NCBI GenBank assembly: GCA_047602425.1
Contig: JASGHG010000001.1
Span: forward strand, 4,384,001 to 4,448,000
Origin: Nibricoccus sp.
GTDB lineage: Bacteria > Verrucomicrobiota > Verrucomicrobiia > Opitutales > Opitutaceae
Length of the DNA: 64,000 nucleotides
Direction: 5' to 3'
Below the pieces are notes generated by a model. It worked only from the letters and a program-made list of their open reading frames with translations, ran no database searches and was not told the origin of the DNA. The position numbers and the translations under genes were made by a program. Shown piece by piece: positions 50,530-59,280 of this stretch. Position 1 is the stretch's first letter; each line of letters starts with the position of its first letter.

Positions 50530-50656
50530 AAAGACTGAAAACGGGAATGATGGGGCGATGTCGAGCCCGACGATTCACCGGGTCGTTGAGGGCTGGCGCT
50601 GGTGCGGAGGAATTGGTTTGTCAGCGGAGAAGGGCCGGACAGATTTTTGAGCCGTC

Positions 50657-50770
50657 ATGACCGCCACCGAAGAAGAGAAAAAGAAAGCCCGCCGGGCTGT
50701 TTTGATTCTCTATTTTTGCATGATTATGGGGATAGGTCTGCCTATTGTATTGTATTTTGCACTAAGGTAA
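50657..50770 (+). CDS. 37-aa single-TM small protein
   Basis: MTATEEEKKKARRAVLILYFCMIMGIGLPIVLYFALR*; ends 18 bp before the PIN/TRAM gene. Confidence 0.55.
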   Translation: MTATEEEKKKARRAVLILYFCMIMGIGLPIVLYFALR

Positions 50771-50788
50771 GTCATTGGTGATCACCAG

Positions 50789-51817
50789 ATGAACAAAACC
50801 CTGCTGCCCATTCGTCTGGTCTTTGTTTCGCTGTGCGCGTTCACGGGGTGGCTGATTTGTTTGACGAATCCCGCGTGGGATCGGCTGCAGTTTATGTCAG
50901 TGAGCATCGGATTTTTTATCGGTGTTCTTGTCGTGCTGACGGACATTCTGCTGAAGGGTTTTTCACTCCGCGGCCTGTCTGCGATTACGTTCGGATTGGG
51001 AATTGGCCTGCTCATCGCCTACATGATTCACATCTCACCGCTGATGTCGGATGGCGATCCGCAGGTGATCTATCTTGTGCGTTTAGCTCTCTTTCTCGTG
51101 GTTCCTTATCTATGCATCGTGATCGCGTTGCGGGGAAAGGACGAATTCAACTTGGTCATTCCTTACGTGCGTTTTGTACCTCACGAAGTGGAAGTACCCT
51201 TTGTGGTGGTCGACACGAGTGCGCTGATCGACGGTCGTGTGACCAAGGTATGCGAGGCGGGTTTTTTGAATGCCGCGCTGGTGATTCCGCGTTTTATTCT
51301 CGATGAATTGCACGCGGTGGCCGACTCCTCCGACCCGCACAAACAAGCTCGCGGCCGACGCGGTTTGGAAACGCTGAATGCTCTCCGCAAGATCAAGCAC
51401 ATCGACATCCGCACGCCCGAAAGTGACCTCACGAAAAAACAGGACGTGGATGCGAAGCTGGTATTTCTCGCGCAGTCGATGAAGGCGAAATTGCTGACGA
51501 CGGATTTCAATCTCGCGAAGATGGCGGAATTTCACGGCGTGCATTGGCTAAATCTCAACACGCTGGCCAAGGCCTTGCGGCCCGAATTGGTGCTAGGTGA
51601 AAGGCTCGAAGTCGAACTCGTGAAACCCGGCAAGGACGAAGGCCAGGCGGTAGGGTACCTGGAGGATGGTTCGATGGTAGTCGTGAGCAATGCGCGCCAG
51701 TTTGTCGGCCGGCTGGTGCATGTGGAAATCGCCAGCGTGCTGCCGTCGGCGGGCGGAAAAATGATTTTTGCCCGTTTGGTTTCCGAGGAAAAACAGCCAG
51801 GCTCTGTCGCGGGGTAG
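50789..51817 (+). CDS. Membrane PIN/TRAM domain protein (YacL-like)
   Basis: 4 TM, VVDTSALIDGR, RGRRGL, TTDFNL, GQAVGYLEDGSMVVV, GKMIFAR. Confidence 0.92.
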   Translation: MNKTLLPIRLVFVSLCAFTGWLICLTNPAWDRLQFMSVSIGFFIGVLVVLTDILLKGFSLRGLSAITFGLGIGLLIAYMIHISPLMSDGDPQVIYLVRLALFLVVPYLCIVIALRGKDEFNLVIPYVRFVPHEVEVPFVVVDTSALIDGRVTKVCEAGFLNAALVIPRFILDELHAVADSSDPHKQARGRRGLETLNALRKIKHIDIRTPESDLTKKQDVDAKLVFLAQSMKAKLLTTDFNLAKMAEFHGVHWLNLNTLAKALRPELVLGERLEVELVKPGKDEGQAVGYLEDGSMVVVSNARQFVGRLVHVEIASVLPSAGGKMIFARLVSEEKQPGSVAG

Positions 51818-51865
51818 GCCGGGCAAAAGCTGCCTTGTTCTTTGGGGCTTCTTTTGCGCCATCAA

Positions 51866-51905
51866 CATTGCCGAATGGTAATGTTTGCGCAATATCACCG
51901 TAATG
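51866..51905 (+). promoter_or_regulatory. Putative response-regulator box, copy 1
   Basis: CATTGC-N6-GTAATG followed by GCAAT and GTAAT at 11-bp spacing (51878, 51889, 51900). Confidence 0.65.
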
Positions 51906-51952
51906 ATCTTCCGAGAGAATCCCTAGGATCCTAGGTTTCGAAAAGTTCATCC

Positions 51953-52570
51953 ATGTTGCTTCTGAAAAAAACGAGATTTGTTCTGAGCGCTGCCGCAGCG
52001 GTGGCTGGATTTATTTCGTGTCCCGCTCGAGGAGAAGAGGCCACGGCGCCGGCGCCTGCGGCTACAGCCGGCGAGTCCGTTGTAAAGGACGAACTCTCTC
52101 TGTTCGGTGAATTTCTCGACCAGAATCCGACCATCGAGGCCCGGCTGCGCGAGAAAACGGCCTTGGTCAACGATCCGGCCTTTATCAAAAATCATCGGCC
52201 GTTCGGCGAATTCCTCGAACTGCATCCCGCCATTCGCGCGGAGCTTGCCGCTCGACCGCGCTGGTTTCTCCATCGTGAATTCATTCGCCAGTCCACGCCT
52301 CCCGTAACTCCGGAACAAATCGCGGAGTTTGACCAATTTCTCGACCAACATCCCGAGCTAGCGACTCAGCTTACGCCCAATCCCCAATTACTGAGTCAGA
52401 AGGAATTCTTCAACCGCACGCCCGCGCTGCAGGAATACGTTTTGCGGCATCCGGAAATTCATCGCACCGTCACCGTCCTGAAGCCCGGGCCACTATTGAA
52501 ACCAGTGGCTCCCATCGTTCCAGCGAAACGCCCGGAGGTGCCCAAGGTTCGAGTCAAAGTTAAACCGTGA
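51953..52570 (+). CDS. Secreted hypothetical protein with repeated FLxxHP/NP helical units
   Basis: Signal peptide; FLDQNP, FLELHP, FLDQHP, YVLRHP repeats. Confidence 0.75.
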   Translation: MLLLKKTRFVLSAAAAVAGFISCPARGEEATAPAPAATAGESVVKDELSLFGEFLDQNPTIEARLREKTALVNDPAFIKNHRPFGEFLELHPAIRAELAARPRWFLHREFIRQSTPPVTPEQIAEFDQFLDQHPELATQLTPNPQLLSQKEFFNRTPALQEYVLRHPEIHRTVTVLKPGPLLKPVAPIVPAKRPEVPKVRVKVKP

Positions 52571-52605
52571 GATAACTCGGCGATAATTTTAGTGCAAAGC
52601 GGCAG

Positions 52606-53982
52606 TTAAAGCGTGCGCGTTCCTGGCAATCGCAGTTGGAAAACCGAACCACGTTCTACGCCCGAACTGACTTCCGCGCGGCCGTCATGCGCTTCAGCGA
52701 TCGCTTTGACCAAACTCAGTCCGAGGCCCATGCCCGGGGCGGAACGGCTTCGATCCACCCGGAATAATCGGTCCCAGATGCGCACTTGGTCTTCCCGGGG
52801 AATTCCAATGCCATCGTCTTCCACCCGTAGAATAATTTCCCGATCGATCCGTTCGGCGGACAATACCACCAGCCGCCCGTTTCCGAGGTACTTGAGCGCA
52901 TTGTCCACGAGATTCGCCAGCGCCCGGCGTAAACGCACGTGGTCGCCGACGAACTCCATTTTGCTGGCAACCCGCACTTCCAATTTCGCGCCTTTTTCCT
53001 CGGCGGCGAATTCGTAAAGATCCGCCACTTCAGCCAGTAAATCCGCGGCGTTGATCGTTTCCCGCTTGAGTTTCATCGCGCCGGCTTCTGCTTCCGCGAC
53101 ATCGAGCAGGGTATCCAGCGTCGCCTGGACGCGCTGCGTTTCCTCAAGACCGTCGGCCAGTGCCTCTCGCGCCGCGCTGTCGCGAGGCGTTTTGGACAAA
53201 CCAGTTTCCACCGCCACTTGCAATCGCGTCAACGGCGTCCGCAGATCGTGCGCCACACAATCGAGGGATTGTCGCAGGCTTTCGACCAAACGTTGCTGCC
53301 GATCCAAGACTGCATTGAAGGCTTCGGCCAGATCCCTCATCTCGCCTTCCGAGCGCGGCGGGCTCACACGAGCGGACCAATCGCCGGTCTGCACAATATG
53401 TCGCATGACGCCGACGGTATTTCTCAGCGGACGCAACGCGAATATAACCATGAATACACTGCCAAGTACTCCTGCCAGCAGCAGCGGAGCCACGACGTTC
53501 GCGAACAGGCCGCGGTAGGTTTTGCGAACGTCGGCGAGCGCGCTGGAAAAGCGGCCGACGAACAGGATGTCGCCGGAGGGAAGGAGGATCGCCGTGGCCG
53601 TCCATCCTTCCGCGGCCGCGACATGTTTTTCATTTCCGAGCGGCGAAAAACGAAGCTTGGTCCAAGGCGCTTGGGGCGCGTCGACGGTCGCGCCTTCGAA
53701 AAGCAGCGATTGATCGGATCGTTCGATTCGCACGGCCAGTTGTTCGCCCGTTGTCCCATCGAGCTCGTTAAGAAACGCAGTCAGGCTTTCCGCGCCGTCA
53801 TTTTGCCAGGCCAGCCGAATGTCCTCGCGGCGGTCGAGCACCAACGCCGCTTCCTCACGGGTCAACGCGCGCTCTAACATGGTGCCTGCGCTAAAATAAA
53901 TGACGACGACAGCAATGGCGAAAAGACCTCCGACGCCCAGCGCGAGGCGCAGGCTGAATCGCCAGTCGGGCCGTTTACTCAT
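52606..53982 (-). CDS. HAMP sensor histidine kinase (CusS/CpxA-like)
   Basis: 2 TM, HAMP, VAHDLRTPLTRL, NLVDNALKY, DDGIGI, GMGLGLS. Confidence 0.92.
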   Translation of the reverse strand: MSKRPDWRFSLRLALGVGGLFAIAVVVIYFSAGTMLERALTREEAALVLDRREDIRLAWQNDGAESLTAFLNELDGTTGEQLAVRIERSDQSLLFEGATVDAPQAPWTKLRFSPLGNEKHVAAAEGWTATAILLPSGDILFVGRFSSALADVRKTYRGLFANVVAPLLLAGVLGSVFMVIFALRPLRNTVGVMRHIVQTGDWSARVSPPRSEGEMRDLAEAFNAVLDRQQRLVESLRQSLDCVAHDLRTPLTRLQVAVETGLSKTPRDSAAREALADGLEETQRVQATLDTLLDVAEAEAGAMKLKRETINAADLLAEVADLYEFAAEEKGAKLEVRVASKMEFVGDHVRLRRALANLVDNALKYLGNGRLVVLSAERIDREIILRVEDDGIGIPREDQVRIWDRLFRVDRSRSAPGMGLGLSLVKAIAEAHDGRAEVSSGVERGSVFQLRLPGTRTL

Positions 53983-54649
53983 TGCGAAGGACATAACCGT
54001 AGCCGCGTTCGGTGTGCAGCAGTTTCACCGCGGCATTACGATCGAGTTTGCTTCGCAGCCGGCAGACGAGCACATCCACCACATTCGTCTGCGGATCGAA
54101 ACCGTAGTCGTAAACGTGCTCCAATACGGCGGTCTTGGAAACGACGCGGCCCGCATTGCGAATCAGATATTCCAACAGGACGAACTCGCGGGGTTGCAGC
54201 GCGAGCGTTTCACCGGCCCGGGTGGCGCGACGCGCCAGCAGGTCCATTTCGACATCGGCGTAGGTCAGGCGCGTCGCCTCGGGCTGGGCCGTGCTGCGGC
54301 GAATCAATACTTGGACTCTGGCCAGTAGTTCGGTGAAGGAAAAGGGCTTCGTCAGGTAGTCGTCGCCGCCTCGCCGGAGCCCGGCCACGCGATCGTCGAC
54401 GCTGCGTCGCGCGCTGAGGATCAGCACCGGAAACTGCAATTTCGCGGCGCGCAGTTTCTCAATCAGTTGCAGCCCATCAAAACCCGGGATCATAACATCC
54501 ACGACAGCGACGTCGAATGGCGTTGTGCGCGCGAGCGCAAGGGCGTCGGGACCATTGGCCACGACATCGACGGCAAAGCCGGCTTCGCGCAGTCCCTTCG
54601 CGACAAACGACGAGATCTTCGCATCGTCATCCACGATCAGCGCGCGCAT
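53975..54649 (-). CDS. OmpR/CusR-family response regulator
   Basis: LIVDDD, DVMIPG, GGDDYLTKPF, LQPREF, TNVVDVLVCRLR, RGYGY. Confidence 0.95.
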   Translation of the reverse strand: MRALIVDDDAKISSFVAKGLREAGFAVDVVANGPDALALARTTPFDVAVVDVMIPGFDGLQLIEKLRAAKLQFPVLILSARRSVDDRVAGLRRGGDDYLTKPFSFTELLARVQVLIRRSTAQPEATRLTYADVEMDLLARRATRAGETLALQPREFVLLEYLIRNAGRVVSKTAVLEHVYDYGFDPQTNVVDVLVCRLRSKLDRNAAVKLLHTERGYGYVLRNE

Positions 54650-54705
54650 CTTGTGAAATGGGAGGTAGGGCGGGGTGAACGCATGGGTGTTTTTTTCGGC
54701 CGAAA

Positions 54706-55644
54706 CTAAAAGCTGTAACGCGCCGATGCACCGACGCCAAAATCGGGTGCGCTGGTGCTGAGTCCGGCCAGCACGTGGCCCTCCACATTCCAGGATTTTC
54801 CGACATTGTGCGACGCCACGAGGATCAATTCGTTGTCGGCGCCGGTGCTTTCGCTGGAACGCTGGGCGGCGGAAAACGTGAGGCTCAAATCGGTGTCATA
54901 CGTCGGCGAATAGATCGCGCTCGCGCGGCCGAAGAAATAGTTGCGCAGGTCCGAATCCTCGGGTTTGCCCATGATGCAATAGCCGAAGCTCACGACAGGC
55001 GTAAATTTGCCAATGCTTCGGGACACCTCGGCGCTCACACGATAATCGGTTTCGCCCGTGCCCAGGCCTTTTTCTTCCTTTCCCGTGCCGAACTTGACCG
55101 TACCGGTAAGATCGACATTCCAGCCCGTGGCGCTGTCACTGTAGAGAGTGTAGTCGAGCGAGAGTTCAGCGTCTCCGATGCCCGAATTGGTTTCGGTCGA
55201 GGAGTTGGTTGTCGCTGCATCGATCTGCGTCTGCCGTTGCTGCGGCGTGAGGATTTTGAGCTGCGCCAGTGTCAGGCCGAGTTTCTTTAATACCGCGCTT
55301 TGTGTGGCGCCTCCCAAGGTCTGCACCGGACGGCCATCGATGATCGTTGTGCCACCGGGACTTTTAACCGAAAGGTAGGGAACGTAAGCGCGGATGGTCC
55401 AGTCGCGGAACGTATATTCGCCGGTGAGACTGGCGATACAGATTTCGGTTTTGCTCTTCATGCCGTATTTGCCCGCGAGATAATCGACTCCCGGCGTGAG
55501 CGAAAAGCTGGACTGCGGAGCCGCTGCTTCTGCGAGCTTTTCCAAGCCGGGCGAAGCGGCTTTCAGGCCTGTGGCTGACCAGAAGGTTGTAGCGATGACG
55601 GTGAAAATACCGATGCGGGTTCCGCGGGAAAACGGGAGGTTCAT
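54706..55644 (-). CDS. Putative outer-membrane beta-barrel (COG4313/MetA-pathway-like)
   Basis: Signal peptide, GVDYLAGKYG, VPYLSV, SGIGD, VKFGTG..KGLGTGETD, C-terminal GASARYSF. Confidence 0.7.
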   Translation of the reverse strand: MNLPFSRGTRIGIFTVIATTFWSATGLKAASPGLEKLAEAAAPQSSFSLTPGVDYLAGKYGMKSKTEICIASLTGEYTFRDWTIRAYVPYLSVKSPGGTTIIDGRPVQTLGGATQSAVLKKLGLTLAQLKILTPQQRQTQIDAATTNSSTETNSGIGDAELSLDYTLYSDSATGWNVDLTGTVKFGTGKEEKGLGTGETDYRVSAEVSRSIGKFTPVVSFGYCIMGKPEDSDLRNYFFGRASAIYSPTYDTDLSLTFSAAQRSSESTGADNELILVASHNVGKSWNVEGHVLAGLSTSAPDFGVGASARYSF

Positions 55645-55816
55645 TGTGCGTGGGAGGGGTGCGATATTTTTGTTTCATGTTTGCAAACGCGCAAGCGGGG
55701 GAGGGGATTTTTTGCGACATGTCTCCCGACAACAGCCCGTGATTGTCCGCGGCCTTGCTCCGCCCATCGTACGTATTTCCCACGTGGCCCGCGGGGCGAA
55801 GAAGGTCGGGCGGCCA

Positions 55817-55856
55817 CATTGCCAAACCGTAATGCCGCCGCAAGATCGCGGCAATG
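55817..55856 (+). promoter_or_regulatory. Putative response-regulator box, copy 2
   Basis: CATTGC-N6-GTAATG followed by GCAAG and GCAAT at 11-bp spacing (55829, 55840, 55851). Confidence 0.65.
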
Positions 55857-55922
55857 GTCGTATGGCATCTTGGCGGCGTCGGATGAATCAACGTCCGATA
55901 AAACAACAAACCTCCAATACCT

Positions 55923-56540
55923 ATGAAAACACGAACCATTATTACCACCGTCGGAATCCTCTCGTTTCTGCCCTTCGTCGCGTCCGCCCAGGTTTTGGGC
56001 GCCGCTTCTGCCGCCACGAATGCGTCCGCCGCCGCCTCGCGCGCTGCCACTGCGTCCGCGACCGCTGCGGTCAACGCTTCTTCGGTCGCGACTCTTGCCG
56101 CGACCAACGCCTCCCACGCGGTCAGCAGTTTGAGTTCAGCGGCCACATCCGCCACCAATGCCTCGGTCGCCGCATCGAAGGCTGCGGCCGCTTCCACCAC
56201 CGGCGCGGCCAACGCCACGACCAACGCCGCAGTTGCCGCCGCCAAGAATCCACCCGTGACGGGCAACGTGGGTGTCGGCGTCAACGCCGGTCCGACTTCG
56301 TCGGTGTCTGTCTCGACCGAAACCGGCCTCGCCAAGGCGACCAACGTCGCCAACGTGAATGCCTCCGCTGGTTTGGATCGGGCGAACATCGCGAGCGACG
56401 CGACGACCACGGGTCTCGACAAGGCACAATTGGTCGCCAACGCCAATGCCGCCGAGGGGCTTGAAAAGGCCTCCGCCAACCAACCCGCTACCGCCAACGC
56501 CGCGACCAATGCCGGCGCTCAGGCGAACGTGAAGAAATAG
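55923..56540 (+). CDS. Secreted Ala/Thr/Asn/Ser-rich low-complexity repeat protein
   Basis: Signal peptide MKTRTIITTVGILSFLPFVASA; AATNAS repeats; GLAKA/GLDRA/GLDKA/GLEKA repeats. Confidence 0.8.
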   Translation: MKTRTIITTVGILSFLPFVASAQVLGAASAATNASAAASRAATASATAAVNASSVATLAATNASHAVSSLSSAATSATNASVAASKAAAASTTGAANATTNAAVAAAKNPPVTGNVGVGVNAGPTSSVSVSTETGLAKATNVANVNASAGLDRANIASDATTTGLDKAQLVANANAAEGLEKASANQPATANAATNAGAQANVKK

Positions 56541-56581
56541 TCGCCACGCCTCCTCATCCAGCACGGGCACTCGTTCCAGAT

Positions 56582-56620
56582 GGGGAGTTCGCCGCGACAA
56601 GGCGGGCTCCCCCTTTTTTT
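56582..56620 (+). terminator. Rho-independent terminator or attenuator after the Ala-rich gene
   Basis: GGGGAGTTCGCC-GCGACAA-GGCGGGCTCCCC then T7. Confidence 0.8.
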
Positions 56621-56646
56621 CAACTTCATTTCAATCTACTTTCCCC

Positions 56647-57396
56647 ATGCCAAAATACTCCCTTCTTTTTATCGTCGCGCTCACTGGCGTCGCCGCCGCT
56701 TTCGCCGAGCCGGAAAAATCGTCGTTCAAGATCGACACCGGTTTTGTTTTCGCGCGCGGCAGTTATGGACTCGCCACCGACACCGACGTGTTTCTCGCCC
56801 TCGTGAATCCGACCTATGAGACCGCTGCCTGGCGCGTCGAGGGATCGCTGCCCTACGTGCGCCTCAAGGGCCCCGCCACCGTCGTGGGTAATACCGGCAA
56901 CGCCTCCGCCATGCATTCGGCCTCGGGCGTGGGCGATGCGGCCCTTGGGCTGACCCGCAAATTTGCCGCGAGCACGGACGGCTGGTCATCCAGTCTTGGC
57001 GCCAAGGTGAAGTTCCCCACCGCCGACGAACAAAAGGGCCTCGGTACCGGAAAAATGGATACAACCGTGCAGATCGATGTCTTCAAGGCCGGAGGCACCG
57101 TCACGCCCTTCGCCAATATCGGTTACCAATTTCTCGGCCACAGCGAGGCCTACCCGATGAAAAGCGGACCCTTGGCCACCGTTGGGATGACAACCAAAAT
57201 TTCCTCCAACGTCATCGGCCTGGCGGGCAACTGGCGTGCACGCATGATCGAAGGCAGCGATCACGCCCTCGAGGCGATGGCCTTCCTGCAACATCCGTTC
57301 AACGAAAAGAGTCGGATCCAGCTATTCGTTCTCCATGGTTTCACCGACGCCAGCCCGAACCTTGCCGCAGGACTCATGCTTGGCTTCACCTTCTAG
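56647..57396 (+). CDS. Putative outer-membrane beta-barrel, paralog of 54706..55644
   Basis: GSYG, LPYVRL, SGVGD, VKFPTADEQKGLGTGKMD, C-terminal GLMLGFTF. Confidence 0.7.
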   Translation: MPKYSLLFIVALTGVAAAFAEPEKSSFKIDTGFVFARGSYGLATDTDVFLALVNPTYETAAWRVEGSLPYVRLKGPATVVGNTGNASAMHSASGVGDAALGLTRKFAASTDGWSSSLGAKVKFPTADEQKGLGTGKMDTTVQIDVFKAGGTVTPFANIGYQFLGHSEAYPMKSGPLATVGMTTKISSNVIGLAGNWRARMIEGSDHALEAMAFLQHPFNEKSRIQLFVLHGFTDASPNLAAGLMLGFTF

Positions 57397-57567
57397 AGCA
57401 TTTTAAAAATGTGATAGTCGCACAACTCCGGCTGTAGGGGCGCAGTCTTGCTGCGCCCGGGTTGGCTTCGCTACAGAAAAGGCGCAGCAAGACTGCGCCC
57501 CTACGAAGATAGCTCGCTCGGTTCATAACACCGATTTACGGTTACAGTTTTATTGTATGTGCTCTAG
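57393..57567. mobile_element. MITE-like element (8-bp terminal inverted repeat CTAGAGCA) carrying an internal REP doublet
   Basis: CTAGAGCA 57393-57400 and TGCTCTAG 57560-57567; internal GTAGGGGCGCAGTCTTGCTGCGCC ... GGCGCAGCAAGACTGCGCCCCTAC. Confidence 0.5.
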
Positions 57568-58052
57568 GACCCAACGCCAAACTATCTGCTACCGACCCCA
57601 AACCACAAAGCTCTGACTCTTTTTTCAATGCCTCTTGGCAAGGCGGAGTTCGGATTTTAAACGCGAAGAACGCGGCGCGAAGTAGGGCAGGTATGCTTTG
57701 TGGCCTTTGTGTCCGGCGGATTGGTCTCGCGGCCTTTGCGTTAAGAAAAGATCGATTCCACCCTCCGTCGGGGAAATGCTTCGGCGGAGTGTAGGGGAAA
57801 CCATTAACTTAGCGACACAGCCAAATTAAAGTCGGTCGCGTAAATAACTATATCCAAGCGACAACGACGTCGGTTGATGAATATTTAACAAACATCTACC
57901 TCTATTTAGGTAGATAATCACGTGTTCGGTTTTCGGATTACCCGTTTCAAACGGCGGGTCTTGCTTCAACACCGCGCACAACGTCCGCTTTGCCCACGCC
58001 TCCACCCGCTTGTGGTGGGCCGCTTGGTTTTGCCTCCGCCCATTGCCGCGGG

Positions 58053-58346
58053 GAACCTCCGAATTGTGAACTCGGACCCTGGAATTGTGAACTCCACGGG
58101 TAAAATTGGGGATTCGCACCCGGAAGTTCTGAATTCGGATCCCGGAATTGTTAATTCGACCCTTGGAATCTCCTTAAACGAGGAGCGAATTCACAATTTG
58201 ACGGTGGGAATTCAAGATTCGGAGCAGGAGAGCGACAATGGGGAACGGTCACGAAGAGATTCACCGTGGCATCCCGGCAATTCCTCCCGGACAGCAACCA
58301 ATTCAAACCGTCTGCGAAAGGATCGCGGCACTGATTGGGCGGATTT
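58053..58346 (+). repeat. Degenerate 21-bp-period tandem array, about 14 units
   Basis: GAATT-like core at 58061, 58082, 58103, 58124, 58145, 58166, 58187, 58208; AATTC/GATTC/AACTC core every 21 bp from 58069 to 58342. Confidence 0.8.
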
Positions 58347-58422
58347 CAAAACCATTTTCGAGATACCGGCGCACAACGCGCCGAACTCCGAAACAACCGA
58401 AATAAAATACATCCATAAAAAC

Positions 58423-58785
58423 ATGAGCATCACCTCACTTGAACGCACCGCCAAAGCCCTCCGGGTCTGGCAAGCCAATCCGGAAATGAAACTGAAGAAC
58501 CTGACCGTGAAGGAATTTCAGGCGCAATACGACCGCATGGGCGAATTGGAGCCCGACATCGAGGCGCTGGAGGAAAAGCTTACTCCGCTGCGCAACGAAC
58601 GCGACGCGCTGGCGGATAGCATGAGCAAAAACACCACGCGTGTGCGCGGCGGCATCCGCAGCTACTTTGGCGAAGACTCCGACGAGTACGAACTCGCCGG
58701 CGGCACCCGCACTTCGGAGCGCCGCAAGAGCGGCCCGAAGAAATCGAAGGGCACCGACACCCCGCCCAGCGCCGAGGCGAAATAA
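58423..58785 (+). CDS. Small helical hypothetical protein with GEDSDEYELAGGTRTSER motif and basic tail
   Basis: Strong high-GC codon usage from MSITSLE; coiled-coil-like middle; frame is open upstream to 57922 through the 21-bp array. Confidence 0.8.
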   Translation: MSITSLERTAKALRVWQANPEMKLKNLTVKEFQAQYDRMGELEPDIEALEEKLTPLRNERDALADSMSKNTTRVRGGIRSYFGEDSDEYELAGGTRTSERRKSGPKKSKGTDTPPSAEAK

Positions 58786-58830
58786 CGCCCAAGTTGCGAT
58801 CAAACGTCAAAATACTACCGATGTTTGATG

Positions 58831-58916
58831 GGTAGGGACGGCCCGCCGGGCCGTCCGGTTGTGCATGAGCCAATCTCAGACGACGTTGACGGACGACCCG
58901 GCGGGTCGTCCCTACC
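58831..58916. repeat. REPIN (inverted GTAG REP doublet)
   Basis: GGTAGGGACGGCCCGCCGGGCCGTCCG ... CGGACGACCCGGCGGGTCGTCCCTACC. Confidence 0.85.
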
Positions 58917-58981
58917 TTTGTCGTTTCGATATCTTTTGAGAGTAACTTGGCACAGAGCCCGCGTCTCGCCCTGACAACCAC

Positions 58982-59019
58982 CGGCCGGAGCCCACACCAC
59001 GGGCCCGGCCGTTTTTTTT
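58982..59019 (+). terminator. Rho-independent terminator
   Basis: CGGCCGGAGCCC-loop-GGGCCCGGCCG followed by T8. Confidence 0.7.
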
Positions 59020-59280
59020 GCGCGCAGTTTTTGTAGGAGCGGCTTTACGCCGCGATCTTGAAGACCCGCCTTGGCCGGATTGCTGATCCTCGCGCCTGAG
59101 CCTGATGTTTTTGGGTGGAGCGACTTGTCCTCAAGACGCTTTCCGTGTGCCGTGGATTGCACGGAGTGCACGAATGCGGAGTGCAAAAAAGGCCGTGCCC
59201 GGTCAGCCATCCGCAACCATCGGCTATCGTTTCCTCAACCCTCAAATCCTGACTCCGTCTCATGACTTTGTTTATTTTCC

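Noticed and set aside
58053..58346. CRISPR or mini-CRISPR reading of the 21-bp arrays (also 13538-13834)
   Set aside because: Total period is only 21 bp with degenerate cores, far below repeat-plus-spacer size
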